From: Mustelus asterias
Lineage: Eukaryota
Direction of reading: 5' to 3'
NCBI RefSeq assembly: GCF_964213995.1
Contig: NW_027590164.1
Location: forward strand, 806,001 to 870,000
DNA: 64,000 nucleotides
In this document: positions 24,071 to 37,133 of the stretch, piece by piece
Layout: every line of letters starts with the position of its first letter
Position numbering within the stretch: the first letter of the stretch is position 1
The notes under the pieces: generated by a model
What the model saw: only the letters and a program-made list of their open reading frames with translations
What the model was told of the DNA's origin: nothing
Databases searched by the model: none
Made by a program: the position numbers and the translations under genes

Positions 24071-26900
24071 GCTTTTGCTACCCAATAAACCTGTTGGACT
24101 TTAACCTGGTGTTGTGAGACTTCTTAATGTGTTTAGCCCAGTCCAACACCGGCATCTCCACATCATGCCGGTCATAGAAGACAGAGGGTAGCAGTGGAAG
24201 TGTGCATTTCTGAATAGGGGGCTGTGACAGGTGGCGTTCCTCAGGGATCAGTGCGAGACCTTTGCTGTTCGTAATATATATAAATGATTTGAATGAAAAT
24301 GTAACTGGTTTGATTAGTAAGTTTGAAGACGACACAAACGTTAGTGGATATGCGAATAGTGATGAGGACCATCAGATGACAGAGTGGGATATACATCGGT
24401 TGGTGACTTGGGCAGAGAGATGGCAGATGAAGTTTAACCTGGACAAATGTGAGGCAATGCATTTTGGCAGGTCCAATTCAGATAGTAAATATGCAATAAA
24501 TGGCAGAACCGTTCAGAGAATTGATAAGCAGAGGGATCTGTGTATACAGGTACACAGGTTACTGAAAGTGGCAATGCAGGCGGAGAAAGGAGTCAAGAAG
24601 GCATACGGCATGCTTGCCTTCATCGGCTGGGGCATTGAGTTCAAAAATTGGCAAGTCATGTTGCAGCTTTACAGAACCTTAGTTAAGCCGCATTTGGAAT
24701 AGAGTATTCAAATCTTGTCACCACCCTACCAGAAGGATGTGGAGGCTTTTGAGAGGGTACAGAAAAGATTCATCAGCATGTTGCCTGGTATGGAGGGAGT
24801 CAGCTATGAGGAGAGGTAGGAGAAACTTGGTTTGCATTGGAACGATGGAGGTTGAGGGGTGACCTGATAAAGGATTATGAGGGGCATGGACAGAGTGGAT
24901 AGTCAGAGGCTTCTTCCCAGCGTAGAAGAGTCAATTACTTGGGGGCACAGGTTTAAGGTGCGAAGGGCAAGGTTTAAAGGAGATGTATGAGGCACGTTCT
25001 TTACACAGAGGGTGGTGGGTGCCTGGAACTCGCTGCCAGGGGAGGTAGTGGAAGCAGATACGATAGTAGCTTTTAAGGGGCGTCTGGACAAATGCATGAA
25101 TAGGATGGGAATAGAGGGATATGGTACCTGGAAGGGTAGGGGGCTTTCGTTCAGTCGGGCAGTATGGTCGATGCAGGCTTGGAGGGCCAAAGGGCCTGTT
25201 CCTGTGTTGTAATTTGCTTTGTTCTTTTTTCTTTTACTTATTCACTGCAATTAGATGCAATTGTGAGAAGAAGTATTTAAACCCATCAGGGGAGTGATTT
25301 TTGAGAACTGTCAAAAAACAGGCTTTCATAGGATAAACATTTATTGATTGCAAAACGTTGGAAATGGAACAATCACTTACTCCTGAAACCCACAGACACG
25401 CCAATAAGAAAAGCTGATTTCCATAAAATTAACATGCACTTAAATTATTAGAAATGCAGAACAGAAAAGATCACGGGGGCTATTGTTCAAAAACATTCTA
25501 AGCGTTAAATTCACTGCAAAACTGGAACAAATCCTGCTGGTGTTTTCAGTGGGAGTTTCAAAACGAATCGCCAACACTCTGTGCACTCCAGAGAGCCCAA
25601 ATGTGCTTCACGCTGAAATCAGTATTCCCACCAGAGAGGCCGCCAGCATGACCATAAGTAGGCCACTGCACGTGCATCGATCTGTCAGTGCTGATATCGG
25701 CCCATGTGAAGTGGCCTGCACTGCCAGCCTCCCGATCGCTGGCCAGCTCGATACTAAAAAATAGCAGTGCGGATACTGAAAATTTAGAATGAAAACAAAA
25801 AATGCAGGAAAAGCATAGGAGCTCTTGCAGCATCTGTGCAGAGTGAAACTGAGTTAACGTTCCAAATCAGTCTGACCTTATCCTTCTGGATGGAAGTGGT
25901 CGTGGGTTTGGAAGGTGCTGTGAAAGGATCTTTGTTGAATTGCTGCAATGCATCTTGTAGATGGTACACACGGCGGCTGCTGAGTTTATCCTCTTTTACC
26001 CATGCTTTTACTTGTCTGCTCTTTTTTTTGTATATGTGGAGGCGCTGCGCGTAAGGAACATACTGAATGAACTGTATTGTCTTCCTCCTGTCCGTTTCCA
26101 TGTTTATATATGGGGAAATCATCAAGCTGTACTGGACCAGGTTTGAGGGTGTTGCATTATTCGTAAAAATGCCAAAACTTCAATGAAAATATATTTTAAA
26201 AATAACATTCGAGGGACGTTCCTCGTGTTGCTGAACACATGCCCTGCTGAAAGTGACTAACACAGGCATTCAGTGGACAGGTACTGACCAAGTTACAAAG
26301 AAATGTGTCACAGCTGTTAAAACATCCCCTCCAACATGGATACCACACCGGAGGCAGCGGGAAGTAAATGTAAGAGCTTCCCACATCATTCTCTTTCTTC
26401 TGAGCTTCTTTAAGCTGGCAACTTTGACCATGTGGATGTAAATATCACAGACAGGTGGGAGAACGAAATTCATTTCATACAGGGAATTGGACAAATCCTG
26501 AAGGGGAAGGATTTGCAGGAATCTGGGGAATGGACAGAGGAACGGGATTAGTTGCAGCAGTAAAACCAAGAATGAGAATATTAGCACGGAGATGAAGGCT
26601 TATTCAACGGATGGGCTGGGCTGAGGCAGAAGTGGGGATGTCTGATATCATTGAGGTGTCTGAAGACAGTATTTGGGATGGAGAGAATATGGGGTTGGAA
26701 ATCCAGTCAGGATCAAAGGGAGATTGTAGGTTGTGAGCAGCCTCTGATAGCAACCAAAGCGGTGCGTAGAGCCGCGGGATATGGAATGTAATGAGTGACT
26801 GGAGCTGAAGAGAATGAATTCATTCTTTCCAAAGTGTAAATAACCAGAAAAATAATGGAGTCTGACACAGTTAGAATAAATAACTGGATAGATAACTTAC

Positions 26901-27075
26901 CAGGGACACCAACAATAGCCAGGACGGGATAATATCCCTCTTGAATACGTATCAGTATATCTTTGATCTGGTAATCCCATGGTCTCTGAACGTCAATGGG
27001 CTCGACAATGTTCAAGAGGAAATCGCCATCGAATGTTGGAAGATTCCAATCTATTGTTCTGAGATTCTGATCCAT
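26901..27075 (-). CDS. GPR139-like GPCR, exon 1 (N-terminus and start of TM1)
   Basis: MDQNL...YYPVLAIVGVP G|GTAAGT; 175 nt, phase 1, joins exon 2 in frame to give 353 aa. Confidence 0.88.
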
Positions 27076-27499
27076 TGTTGTAACGTTCCAATCTATTCTC
27101 AGATTCTGATCTCTCCTCCCCCTATCACTCGAGCTGTGAGTGCCGCAGTTTATGCTCCCATTGAAAAGAATCCCTTATTAATAGAAGAGGGAAACTCTAC
27201 AGTGACACAGTTGGGATCCATGGAGGCTGCCATTTATTACACTCACTAAACAAACAAGTTCAGTTAACTCCTTCCAATCCAAAACATTTTGTATCACAAT
27301 CAAGTCAAACATTTACACGGTATGGGTTGGATGTATGAGGTTGACTGATGACTGAATGGTGGAAATATCAGATATACTGACCACAATATTTCAATCCTCC
27401 TTGGATATGGGAGTGGTGCCAGAGCACGGGAGAGCTGTAAATGTTCCATGTTTAGAAAAGGAGAAAGGGATAAACCATTGAACCAACAGAGCAGTCAAG

Positions 27500-27640
27500 G
27501 TGAAATATCACCACCATCTCCACTTCATCACCGTTGATGTAAACAGGGACATGTTCTCCACTACGTTTCCTGACGTTGACGACTAGCTCCTTCGATTTAC
27601 TGACATTGAGGGAGAAATTATTGTCTTCGCCCCATTTCAC
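27500..27640 (-). mobile_element. Rex1/Babar-type LINE fragment
   Basis: W..DNN.SLNVSKSKELVV..RK.....PVYING..VE; related to 52300-53025. Confidence 0.6.
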
Positions 27641-27939
27641 AATGAAATTAACCAGCAACTCTATCCTGTTCCTGACAAAACGCCTGGAACACGGCCTTGT
27701 CACAGCCAACACCTTGTTCCGTCAGAGATACATGGCGACACACTATTTCCAACTGAAACCTGTCCAACTATGTCACTGTCTGAGCGAGCGACCGTAAGGA
27801 CGTGCGCTATCATCCCCGCCATGGCAGGAGCCAAAGACTGCCGGGCAAACTGCTGTGCAATCCGCTCTGTGATCAGCATCAATGTCGGCCAAAGCAGCGA
27901 CAGAAACAGAACCAATACCGCAGAAAAAACAACGCTCAG

Positions 27940-28250
27940 GCGAGGCACAGTGGCACAGTAGTTAGCACTGCTGCCTCACACCGCCGTGGCCCCAGGTTCA
28001 ATTCCCGGCCTGGGTCATTGTCTGTGCGGAGTCTGCACATTCTTCCCATGTCTGCGTGGCTTTCCTCCGGGTGGTCCGGTTTTCGCCCACAGCCCGAAAG
28101 ACGTGCTGGTTAGGTGCATTGGCCAAGTTAAATTCTCGCTCAGTGTACTCGAATTGGAGTTGAAGTGTGGCGACTGGGGAACTTTTACCGTAAATTCATT
28201 GCAGTGTTAATGTAAGCGTACTTGTGACATTAATAATTAAACTTAAAAAA
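27940..28250 (+). mobile_element. V-SINE (alternative tail)
   Basis: Same family as 10788-11058. Confidence 0.75.
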
Positions 28251-28436
28251 AACTTTGCTGAGAGAGCCCTATTTAGCCAACACCCCACTGACAACCCGAT
28301 GAATCCTGGTGACCCAGAGATGCAGAGTGTCCACAGCGCCTGTTCCGCCCTCAAGACCTCCAAAGAGACGCTTGGTCACTTGGCCAGGAAACACCAAGAC
28401 TGCTGAATGAACGATCGGAGATCCAGCAGCTGGTAA

Positions 28437-28765
28437 GGGCGCAGAGTGGCACAAGGATCCAGGTTCGAGGACGGCCTTGGGTGACTGTCTGTGTGGAGTT
28501 TGCACAGTCTCGCCATGTCTGTGTGTGTTTCCTCCGGGTGCTGTGGTTTCGTTCCAAAATACAAAGATGTGCAGGTTAAGTGGATTGGCCATGCTGAATT
28601 GCCATCCGTGTCCCAAGCTCTCTAGGTTAGGTCGAATGGCCATGGAAACTGAGTGGGGTTACTGAAAATGGCGGGGTTGAAGTGGGCCTGTTTAAGGTGC
28701 TGAGTCAGTACAGACTCATTAGGTTGAATGGCTTCCTTCTGCACTGTAGGGATTCTATGGTTCTC
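28437..28765 (+). mobile_element. HE1/V-SINE
   Basis: V core and CR1-like tail. Confidence 0.7.
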
Positions 28766-29867
28766 AGCATTAAGGTCAAGGCGTTTCGGAACCTGCAGGA
28801 GCAGCACAACTCGAGAACAAAACGTAGCTCTACAGCCTAACCTCCATAAAAAAAAGACTTGAAGAATCGATGCTGCGTGGAGAAAGAGCAGGAGATCCAG
28901 CAGTTAACTGGCAACTGTGATAGCCAGGGTTTCTTTACCGCAGTTGAGATCACCTGCAGCCCAAGTACCCAAGGTTCCACTCCATTGTTGGCCAAGAAGG
29001 GGGAGATGTTCATCAAGAAAATGGAAGCAGTCAGCACCCGTTGGAAGGGCCTCCTTAACACAGATTCTATCTTCAACGTGCGTGTCCTTGACTCCATTCC
29101 ACAACATGCTATCCATGACCATCTCAGCACAAACATAACCGGAACAAGGTAGAAAAGGCCATTCAACAGCTAAAGAACAACAAGCCATCTTGAACAGATG
29201 AAGTCCCTGTTAAAGAATTAGAACATGGCGGAAAAGCACTATTGTTGTAAATACACGACCTGACTTCCATTCCCCGGAAGGAAGAAAACGTGCCAGGAGA
29301 TCTCAAGTACACCACAATCATGACCATCTTCAAGAAAGGTGACAAGTCTGACTTCTGTAACTACAGAGGAATTTCCCTGCTATTAGCCACAGGGAAGATC
29401 ATCATAAGAATCTTCCTTAATCGTCTTCTCCCTGTGGCTGCAGCGCTCCTCCCAGAGACCTGACGTGGAATCCGTCCACTCAGGTGTACAATGGATATGA
29501 TCTTCACTGTGCGGCATCTGCAGATGACAGCGTCAACCTTTGTATGTGGCTTTCTGTAACCCCACAAAGCCCTTTCACACTTTTAATCGCCAGGGATTAT
29601 GGAAAATTATCCTCCACCTTGACTCCTCCAAAGGTTTTTCCCCAACATCCATCTGCTCCACGATGACATGGAAGCTGCGATCCTGATCAACGGAACCACC
29701 ACAGACCCAATTCATGTTCAGATGGGTTCAAAAAAGGTTGCTTCATCACACTAACGCTCTTCTTATTCTTGCTGCAATGCTCCATCTGACTCTCAGCCAG
29801 ATCCCTGCTGGAATTGAGTTGAACAACAGAACAACTGTGTCTGCTGTTCGTTTTTCCAGTTTACTAC

Positions 29868-32428
29868 TGTCAGGAAAACAGCGGTAATGATCAATATTTG
29901 CATTGTTCAATAGTAGAAGTAAGGAATAGTTTTAAGTGGGTTTAATTTAGTGTTTCTGTGTAAGAGGAAAAAACCTCTAACTGGATTCATGATGGACAAG
30001 GGTGTTTGTATCTGTGGGATTTTTGGTCAGTTAGAACATAGAACATAGAACAGTACAGCACAGAACAGGCCCTTCGGCCCACGATGTTGTGCCAAGCTTT
30101 ATCTGAAACCAAGATCAAGCTATCCCACTCCCTATCATCCTGGTGTGCTCCATGTGCCTATCCAATAACCGCTTAAATGTTTCTAAAGTGTCTGACTCCA
30201 CTATCACTGCAGGCAGTCCATTCCACACCCCAACCACTCTCTGCGTAAAGAACCTACCTCTGATATCCGTCCTGTATCTCCCACCACGAACCCTATAGTT
30301 ATGCCCCCTTGTAATAGCTCCATCCACCCGAGGAAATAGTCTTTGAACGTTCACTCTATCTATCCCCTTCATCATTTTATACACCTCTATTAAGTCTCCC
30401 CTCAGCCTCCTCCGCTCCAGAGAGAACAGCCCTAGCTCCCTCAACCTTTCCTCATATGACCTACCCTCCAAACCAGGCAGCATCCTGGTAAATCTCCTCT
30501 GCACTCTTTCCAGCGCTTCCACATCCTTCTTATAGTGAGGTGACCAGAACTGCACACAATATTCCAAATGTGGTCTCACCAAGGTCCTGTACAGTTGCAG
30601 CATAACCCCACGGCTCTTAAACTCCAACCCCCTGTTAATAAAAGCTAACACACTATAGGCCTTCTTCACAGCTCTATCCACTTGACTGGCAACCTTTAGA
30701 GATCTGTGGATATGGACCCCAAGATCTCTCTGTTCCTCCACAGTCTTCAGAACCCTACCTTTGACCCTGTAATCGACATTTAAATTAGTCCTACCAAAAT
30801 GAATCACCTCACATTTATCAGGGTTAAACTCCATTTGCCATTTTTCAGCCCAGCTTTGCATCCTATCTATGTCTCTTTGCAGCCTACAACAGCCCTCCAC
30901 CTCATCCACTACTCCACCAATCTTGGTGTCATCAGCAAATTTACTGATCCACCCTTCAGCCCCCTCCTCTAAGTCATTAATAAAAATCACAAAGAGCAGA
31001 GGACCAAGCACTGATCCCTGCGGCACACCGCTAGCAACCTGCCTCCAATCCGAAAATTTTCCATCGACCACCACCCTCTGTCTTCGGTCAGACAGCCAGT
31101 TACCTATCCAATCGGCCAACTTTCCCTCTATCCCACACCTCCTCACTTTCATCATAAGCCGACCATGGGGGACCTTATCAAACGCCTTACTAAAATCCAT
31201 GTATATGACATCAACTGCCCTACCTTCATCAACACACTTAGTTACCTCCTCAAAAAATTCTATCAAATTTGTGAGGCACGACTTGCCCTTCACGAATCCG
31301 TGCTGACTATCTCGGATTAATCCGCATCTTTCTAAATGGTCGTAAATCCCATCCCTAAGGACCCTTTCCATCAATTTACCAACCACCGAAGTAAGACTAA
31401 CCGGTCTATAATTACCAGGGTCATTTCTATTCCCTTTCTTAAACAGAGGAACAACATTCGCCATTCTCCAGTCCTCTGGCACCATCCCCGTGGACAGCGA
31501 GGACCCAAAGATCAACGCCAAAGGCTCTGCAATCTCATCCCTTGCCTCCCACAGAATCCTAGGATACATTTCATCAGGCCCAGGGGACTTATCGACCTTC
31601 AGTTTATTCAAAACTGCCAAGACATCCTCCCTCCGAACATCTATTTCCTCCAGCCTATTAGCCTGTAACACCTTCTCTTCCTCAAAAACATGGCCCCTCT
31701 CCTTGGTGAACACTGAAGAAAAGTATTCATTCATCACCTCGCCTATCTTTACTGACTCCATACACAAGTTCCCACTACTGTCCTTGACCGGCCCTAACCT
31801 CACCCTGGTCATTCTTTTATTCCTCACATAAGAGTAAAAAGCCTTGGGGTTTTCCTTGATAGAAGGAAAACATAGTTCAAACTGTGTTTCTCCTGTGCTT
31901 CGAGAGGGTAAAACATAACAAGTAAACAAGCTGGGAGAAGTAAAAGTCGTTGCTGACAAACCAGGTGCACCTTTCGGGTGTCATTTTTAGATAACTTAAC
32001 AACACTTGCTTTTGGAAAGCTAGAGAGCGAACAGCTCTCTCAGTTTTGCTGGATAAAAAGCCATACAATGGAGTAATTGTTAATGAATGATGGAAAGCGT
32101 CAGTTTTTCTGAGATTGAAAATACTCATGTGACAATCATCTGGAGGGAGTTTGAGGAGAAAACCACGAAAGATTGGTTGATTGGCATAGGCCATTTAATT
32201 TCAGAGTAGGGTGTTACCTTTGAAAACAGTACGCATTTGTGAAGCTGAGAGGGGAGTAAAAGAGTATTGTACTATAATCAAACGTTTAATGTTTAAGAAA
32301 TGCTTTTTCTGTTAAAAAATTATTAGCAGTCCAATGACTCTGTTCCTCATGTTATCTAAGAAAAAAGAAAAACGTAAAGTCCTGTAAGCTTCCAACCAGT
32401 AGTAGTAACATAAGATGGGGTTGTGACA
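29868..32428. mobile_element. Candidate solo LTR split by a CR1 insertion
   Basis: TGTCA...TGACA termini, flanks CTAC/CTTC (near 4-bp TSD); no coding sequence. Confidence 0.4.
30034..31860 (-). mobile_element. Young 5'-truncated CR1 LINE with uninterrupted RT ORF
   Basis: About 580 aa stop-free from IKENPKAFY to the C-terminus with all RT motifs; (CTATGTT)n tail. Confidence 0.98.
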
Positions 32429-32849
32429 CTTCTGAACACTTTATATTCAGCTGTTATAATCCGGGCCAGAAGCGCCAAGGTGTTTTATGAAGTCAGCCCA
32501 GAGCAGAAGTTTTGCACCTTGAATTTGGCACGGATAAGCATAAAATATTTCGCTCGAGGTAGGATCCAAATGTCCCTCAAGGGACCTTTTACCAAACAAA
32601 GTTTACTTAAGTACACAGTTAACAGATAATACAGAAATCAGCATAACTTTTACCAATTACAAAAAAAAAACAACCATGATCTTGGATAAGCCTCAACAGC
32701 TAAATATACTGTCCCAAACTAAACAGCACCCACAACCATATATCCTGTTCAAGGCTGAGCAAATTAAGCAAGTATGCTCACACGATGCAGCATTTTGCAG
32801 TTTCGTAACACCTGCTGCGAATTAGTCCTGTGGAAATGGAATTGAGAGA

Positions 32850-33790
32850 GAATCACAGAATCACAGAACACTGCAGTGCAGGAGAGGGCCTTTGGCCCAT
32901 CGAGTCTGCAATGACGGAAGAAATGCCCTGATCTGCCCACCTAATCCCACTTGCCAGCACTTGGCCCATAGCCTTGAATGTTCTGGCTTGCCAAGTCCTC
33001 ATCCAGGTAATTTTTAAAGAATGTGAGTCATCCCGCCTCTACCCCCACCCCTCTGCCCTCCGCCCAGGCAATGCATTCCAGACTGTCACCACCCTCTGAG
33101 GAAATAACGTTTTCCTCAAATCTCCCCTAATCCTCCCACCCCTCACTTTTATCCGATGTCCACTCGTCACTGACCTTTCAACTAAGGGGAACAGCTACTC
33201 TCCATCCACATTGTCCATGCCCCTCATAATTTCCAACGCCTCAATCAGATCGCCCCTCAGACTTCTCTGCTCCAACAAAAGCAACTCAAGCCTATACAGC
33301 CTCTCTTTATAACGTACATGTTCCATCCCAGGCGGCATCCTGGCAAATAACCTCTGCACTGCCTCCAGTGCTTTCACATCAGTCCTACAATGTGGCGACT
33401 AGAGCTGCACACAGTACTCCAGCTGTGGGTTCACCAAAGTTCTATGCAACTCCATCATGACCTCTCTGCTTTTGTAATCTAGACCCCGATTGATAAAGGC
33501 GAGTGTGCCATGTGCCTTTTTCACCACCCAATTAACCTGCATTTCCGCCTTAAGTGATCTATGGACGAACACGCCAAGGTCCCTTTGTTCTTCGGAACTT
33601 CCCAGTGTCGGGCTTTTCATAGCATATTTCCTTGTCAAATTACTCCTTCCAAAGCGCATCACCTCACATTTTTCAGGGTTTAATTCCATCTGCTACTTAT
33701 CCACCCATTTGGCCATCTCGTCTATATCATCATGTAACCTAAGACACTCAACCTCATTGTTAACCACCTGGCCAATCTTTGTGTCATCGG
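32850..33790 (-). mobile_element. CR1 LINE 3' fragment
   Basis: MELNPEKCEV...LV.PQLEYCVQ; LRGDLIE. Confidence 0.9.
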
Positions 33791-33949
33791 GAAACCCGGA
33801 GGTTTTCTGGCCCTGGAACATTTAGCACAATTCGAGGCAGAAACATTAGTTGCTCTAGCTTTCAGGTAACCAGCCACCCACAGCAGAATTTCCAACACCA
33901 GGAACAGAGACAAAAAAACATTGTTTTCAGCCTGCAGTCCAAACAGCTT

Positions 33950-34512
33950 CTCTGTATTTCTCTCTCTATCTCTTTCTCTCTGTCACTTTATCTCTGTCTC
34001 TGAATCTGCATGTCTCTCTCTGAGTTTCTCTCTCTCTGTCTCTCTCTCTGTATCTGTGTGTCGCTCTCTGTATTTCTCTGTGTGTGTCTCTCTCTCAGTA
34101 TTTCTCTCTTTGTATCTCCCTGTATTTCTCTCTGCCTTTCTCTCTCTGTATTTCTCTGTCCTTGTCTGTCTCTGTATCTGTGTGTGTCTGTCTGTATCTG
34201 TGCGTCTCTTTGTATATGTGTGTCTCTCTCTCTCGGTATCTGTGTGTCTCTCTGTATCTGGCTGTCTCTCTGTATTTCTCTCTGTCTCGCTCTATATTTT
34301 TCTCTGTCTGTCTGTCTCTCTGTATTTCTCTCTGTCTATTTCTCTGCAATTTTTCTCTCCTTGTCTCTCTCTGCATCTGTGTGTGTCTCTCTCTGCGTCT
34401 GTCTGTCTCTCTCTCTGGATCTGTGTGTCTCTCTCTGCATCTGTTGTCTTTCTCTGTATCTGTGTGTCTGTCTCTGTATCTGTGTGTCTCTCTGCATCTG
34501 CGTGTCTCTTTG
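33950..34512. repeat. CT/GT-rich low-complexity microsatellite tract
   Basis: Composition. Confidence 0.9.
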
Positions 34513-34644
34513 GACTGTGTGTCCAAAGCCCATCGACACCGCTCTATTTTCCCTATTACACGGTTTCCCCCTTTTCCCAGACAGGGATTTTTCGCCAATC
34601 CTGCCTGGGATGTGTTTGAACTCAAGACTCTTCAATGAAAGAGT

Positions 34645-34665
34645 CACTGCGCCATCTAGCGGCCT
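34645..34665 (-). promoter_or_regulatory. Candidate CTCF site
   Basis: Minus strand AGGCCGCTAGATGGCGCAGTG, close match to the CTCF core CC(A/G)(C/G)(C/T)AG(A/G)(G/T)GGC(A/G). Confidence 0.65.
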
Positions 34666-35402
34666 ATCTGTCTAACGACAGCTTTACCGCTGCCTTTTTC
34701 TGGTGAACTCCAGAGACAGAATGATTGAACAGCCAGAAGAACCTCGGTGATTTCACCCATAAACTGTTCTGTCACTGTCGAGTGACGGGTAGTTCTCAAC
34801 ATCAAAGGCCGATACAGCACAGTATATGGGAGAAGAAAGTTTATTTTGCACTGTCCCAAACTAACACTGCAAAGATTGCTGCAGCACAGGTTATCAGAGC
34901 AATTTTCTCTCCCCATTGCCCGATTAAATAGTTCGAAGCCAGGTTTGCAACCGGCCAGATAAAAAAACTCGGTTAGAACAGTTGGGTATTAACCATGAGA
35001 GACTGGGATGTTTTCCGCAAAAACATGCAGCTGGGACACATTTCCAATGATTGTCAGCAATTGGGGCCTATGAGGTATACTAGGGGAAAACACGCAGAAA
35101 TTCGGAGATCTTGGGGTCAATCTGAAACAACAGATAAACGGAGATTATTGGAAATGGTCCCAGAGAATGCGGTTTAATCTGACAGAGAGACTCCCGCTTC
35201 TCACTTTCTCTCAAACACATAAATAGATGTTTTGCCCACATGTTCCGTTAGAAACGCACACGCTCCGTTTTCTGGTGAAAACAAAGCGACTCTCTGCTTC
35301 AAACTGTCCGCTTTGCACGAATTAACACTACTCCACTGACTTCATTTCGATGATGCATTATCCCCAATAGACGCCATTCCCTCTGATTCCATCCCCGGAA
35401 AT

Positions 35403-35880
35403 CATAGGGTCATAGAGGTTCACAGCATGGAAACAGGCCCTTCGGCCCATCTTGTCCATGCCTCCCTTTTTTTTTAAACCCCTAATCTAATCCCAATTGC
35501 CCTCATTTGACCCATATCCCTCTATACCCATCTTACCCATGTAACTATCTAAATGCTTTTTAAAATATAACATTGTAGCCGCCTCTACTACTACCTCTGG
35601 CAGCTTGTTCCAGACACTCACCACCCTCTGTCTGAAAAAAATGCCCCTCCGGACACTGTTATATCTCTCCCCTCTCACCTTAAACCTATGCCCTCTACTT
35701 TTAGACTCCCCTACGTTTGGGAAAAGATATTGACGATCTACCTTGTCTTTGCCCCTCATTATTTTATAGACCTCTATAAGGTCACCCCTCAGCCTCCTAC
35801 GCTCCAGAGAAAAAAGTCCCAGTCTATTCAGCCTCTCCTTATAACTCAATTCATCAAGTCCCGGTAGCATCCTAGTAAAA
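35403..35880 (-). mobile_element. CR1 LINE 3' fragment
   Basis: FTRMLPGL..LSY.ERL..LGLFSLERRRLRGDL. Confidence 0.93.
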
Positions 35881-35883
35881 ATA

Positions 35884-36238
35884 ATCACTGAACATCACCC
35901 CAGGGATCCTCTCTCCCGGCTCCATTCCCTCTGATGCCAAGCCCCGAAATCACTGAACACCACCCCAGGGATCCTCTCTCTGCTGCATTCCCTCTGATAC
36001 CCTCTGATACGATCTGATACCATCCCCCGGATCTCCCTGAATATCACCTGTTCCATTCCCTCTGACTCCATCCCCCTGAACTCACTGAGCATCACCCGAG
36101 GGATCCTCTCTCCCTGCTCCACTCCCTCTGACTCCATCCCCCTGAACTCACTGAACATCACCCGAGGGATTCTCTCTGCCTGCTTCATTTCCTTTGCTGC
36201 CATAACCCTGAACCCACTACATATCACCCCAGGGATCT
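35884..36238. repeat. ~65-bp minisatellite (CACTGAACATCACCCCAGGGATCC...), continuing at ~35375-35403 across the CR1
   Basis: Units at 35886, 35951, 36083, 36149. Confidence 0.8.
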
Positions 36239-37044
36239 ACCAGTGCCATTCCAAACTTTCATGCCCTGACCTTTCTGTCCACCTCCGTCTCATCATGTTC
36301 TTCTACAGGCTGTGCATGATATCAACATTTCCTGAGGATTCTGGTCTAGTTCTTTGTATGTTCCAACATTCCTGAAGCTGAGAAGTTTTCATTCTAAAGT
36401 TCTGGATTTCAGCTCCGAGATTTGATTTGCTTACAATGTCATATCAACTTCAGGTAGAGAAGAATGAACGGCCTGCATGCGAGTTCAGAAGCACTTCTCT
36501 GAATGTGTACAGTTGAAAATTAAGTTCCTTTCTGCTCGAATCTCTAATACTCACCATGTGCACCGCCCCACGCAGTCAAGGGCCGACCCTTCCTCACTCT
36601 GTTACTTTTACCTTCAGTCGGTATGATTCCCCATCTCGATGTACTTTCCCCAGGATCGGGAGGTCTCACGTTGGTCAGGGCGACCGTTTGTTACTCACGC
36701 ATGCGGTACTGAATCTGAGAATGAGTGATTGGATAATGTAGAGGGAGATTTGTACTGCATCACACCTATGCCATACCTGTCCTATAATGTGACACCAGAT
36801 TGTAGAGGGAGGTTTTAATTCTATCTGTGCTTAACCTATTGGACGTAATGACATGCTTTGCTGATAACCAATATATATACACACACACACATGCGCATGC
36901 GCGCACACACGCATACATTTTTGTTGTTATGAGTCTTTGCTGGTTAGGGCGATGACAAGATTCTATTCACAACAAATTATTAATACAACCTTACGAAAGA
37001 TGGAATTATCAATAGGAATAAAATTTAACAATTTGGTTAAAGTA

Positions 37045-37133
37045 CCCTAAGTGGTCTCGGAGTATGATTCCTGATGTTGGTATTTGAGATCAAATGTGCA
37101 TGAAATGCTGAGTTCAAATCCTGGACGAGCTCT
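37045..37133 (+). pseudogene. Degenerate tRNA-Pro with intron-like insert
   Basis: TGGTCTCGGAGTATGATTC...GTTCAAATCCTGGACGAGC; insert TATTT...GCA after the anticodon region. Confidence 0.6.

Larger units (their letters stand above)
22207..24167. mobile_element. Penelope-like element (RT C-terminus + GIY-YIG endonuclease) with inverted terminal repeat
   Basis: YTRYIDDIFFLW, MLHFSSFHPKH..IPYGQALRIHRICS, C..C...WYIGET.Q.LRQ.MNEHR; 22207-22812 (-) is the reverse complement of ~23520-24125 (+); imperfect duplication of the CR1 target (GTTCATAGAATACAG / GGTCATAGAAGACAG). Confidence 0.9.
19850..25230 (+). mobile_element. Near full-length decayed CR1 LINE (ORF1 esterase, APE endonuclease, RT) in the GPCR intron, interrupted by a Penelope-like element
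   Basis: CLPGARV...VVVH...DIG (SGNH-type ORF1); GGFNTPHIDW...LDLVL...SDHN (APE); RT fragments at 21732-22205 and 24170-25200; many stops and frameshifts. Confidence 0.92.
27645..29835 (+). mobile_element. Decayed RTE-clade LINE with two SINE insertions
   Basis: L..ANTLFRQ endonuclease remnant, FF.AV...CSPS....PL, IFKKGDKSD..NYRGISLL near 29325-29385. Confidence 0.7.

Noticed and set aside
30115-31959. 614-aa ORF as a domesticated RT gene
   Set aside because: First ~33 codons are flanking sequence with a non-ATG start; the rest is an ordinary 5'-truncated CR1 with tail
33921-34675. Long hydrophobic or Arg/Glu-rich ORFs
   Set aside because: CT/GT microsatellite translations
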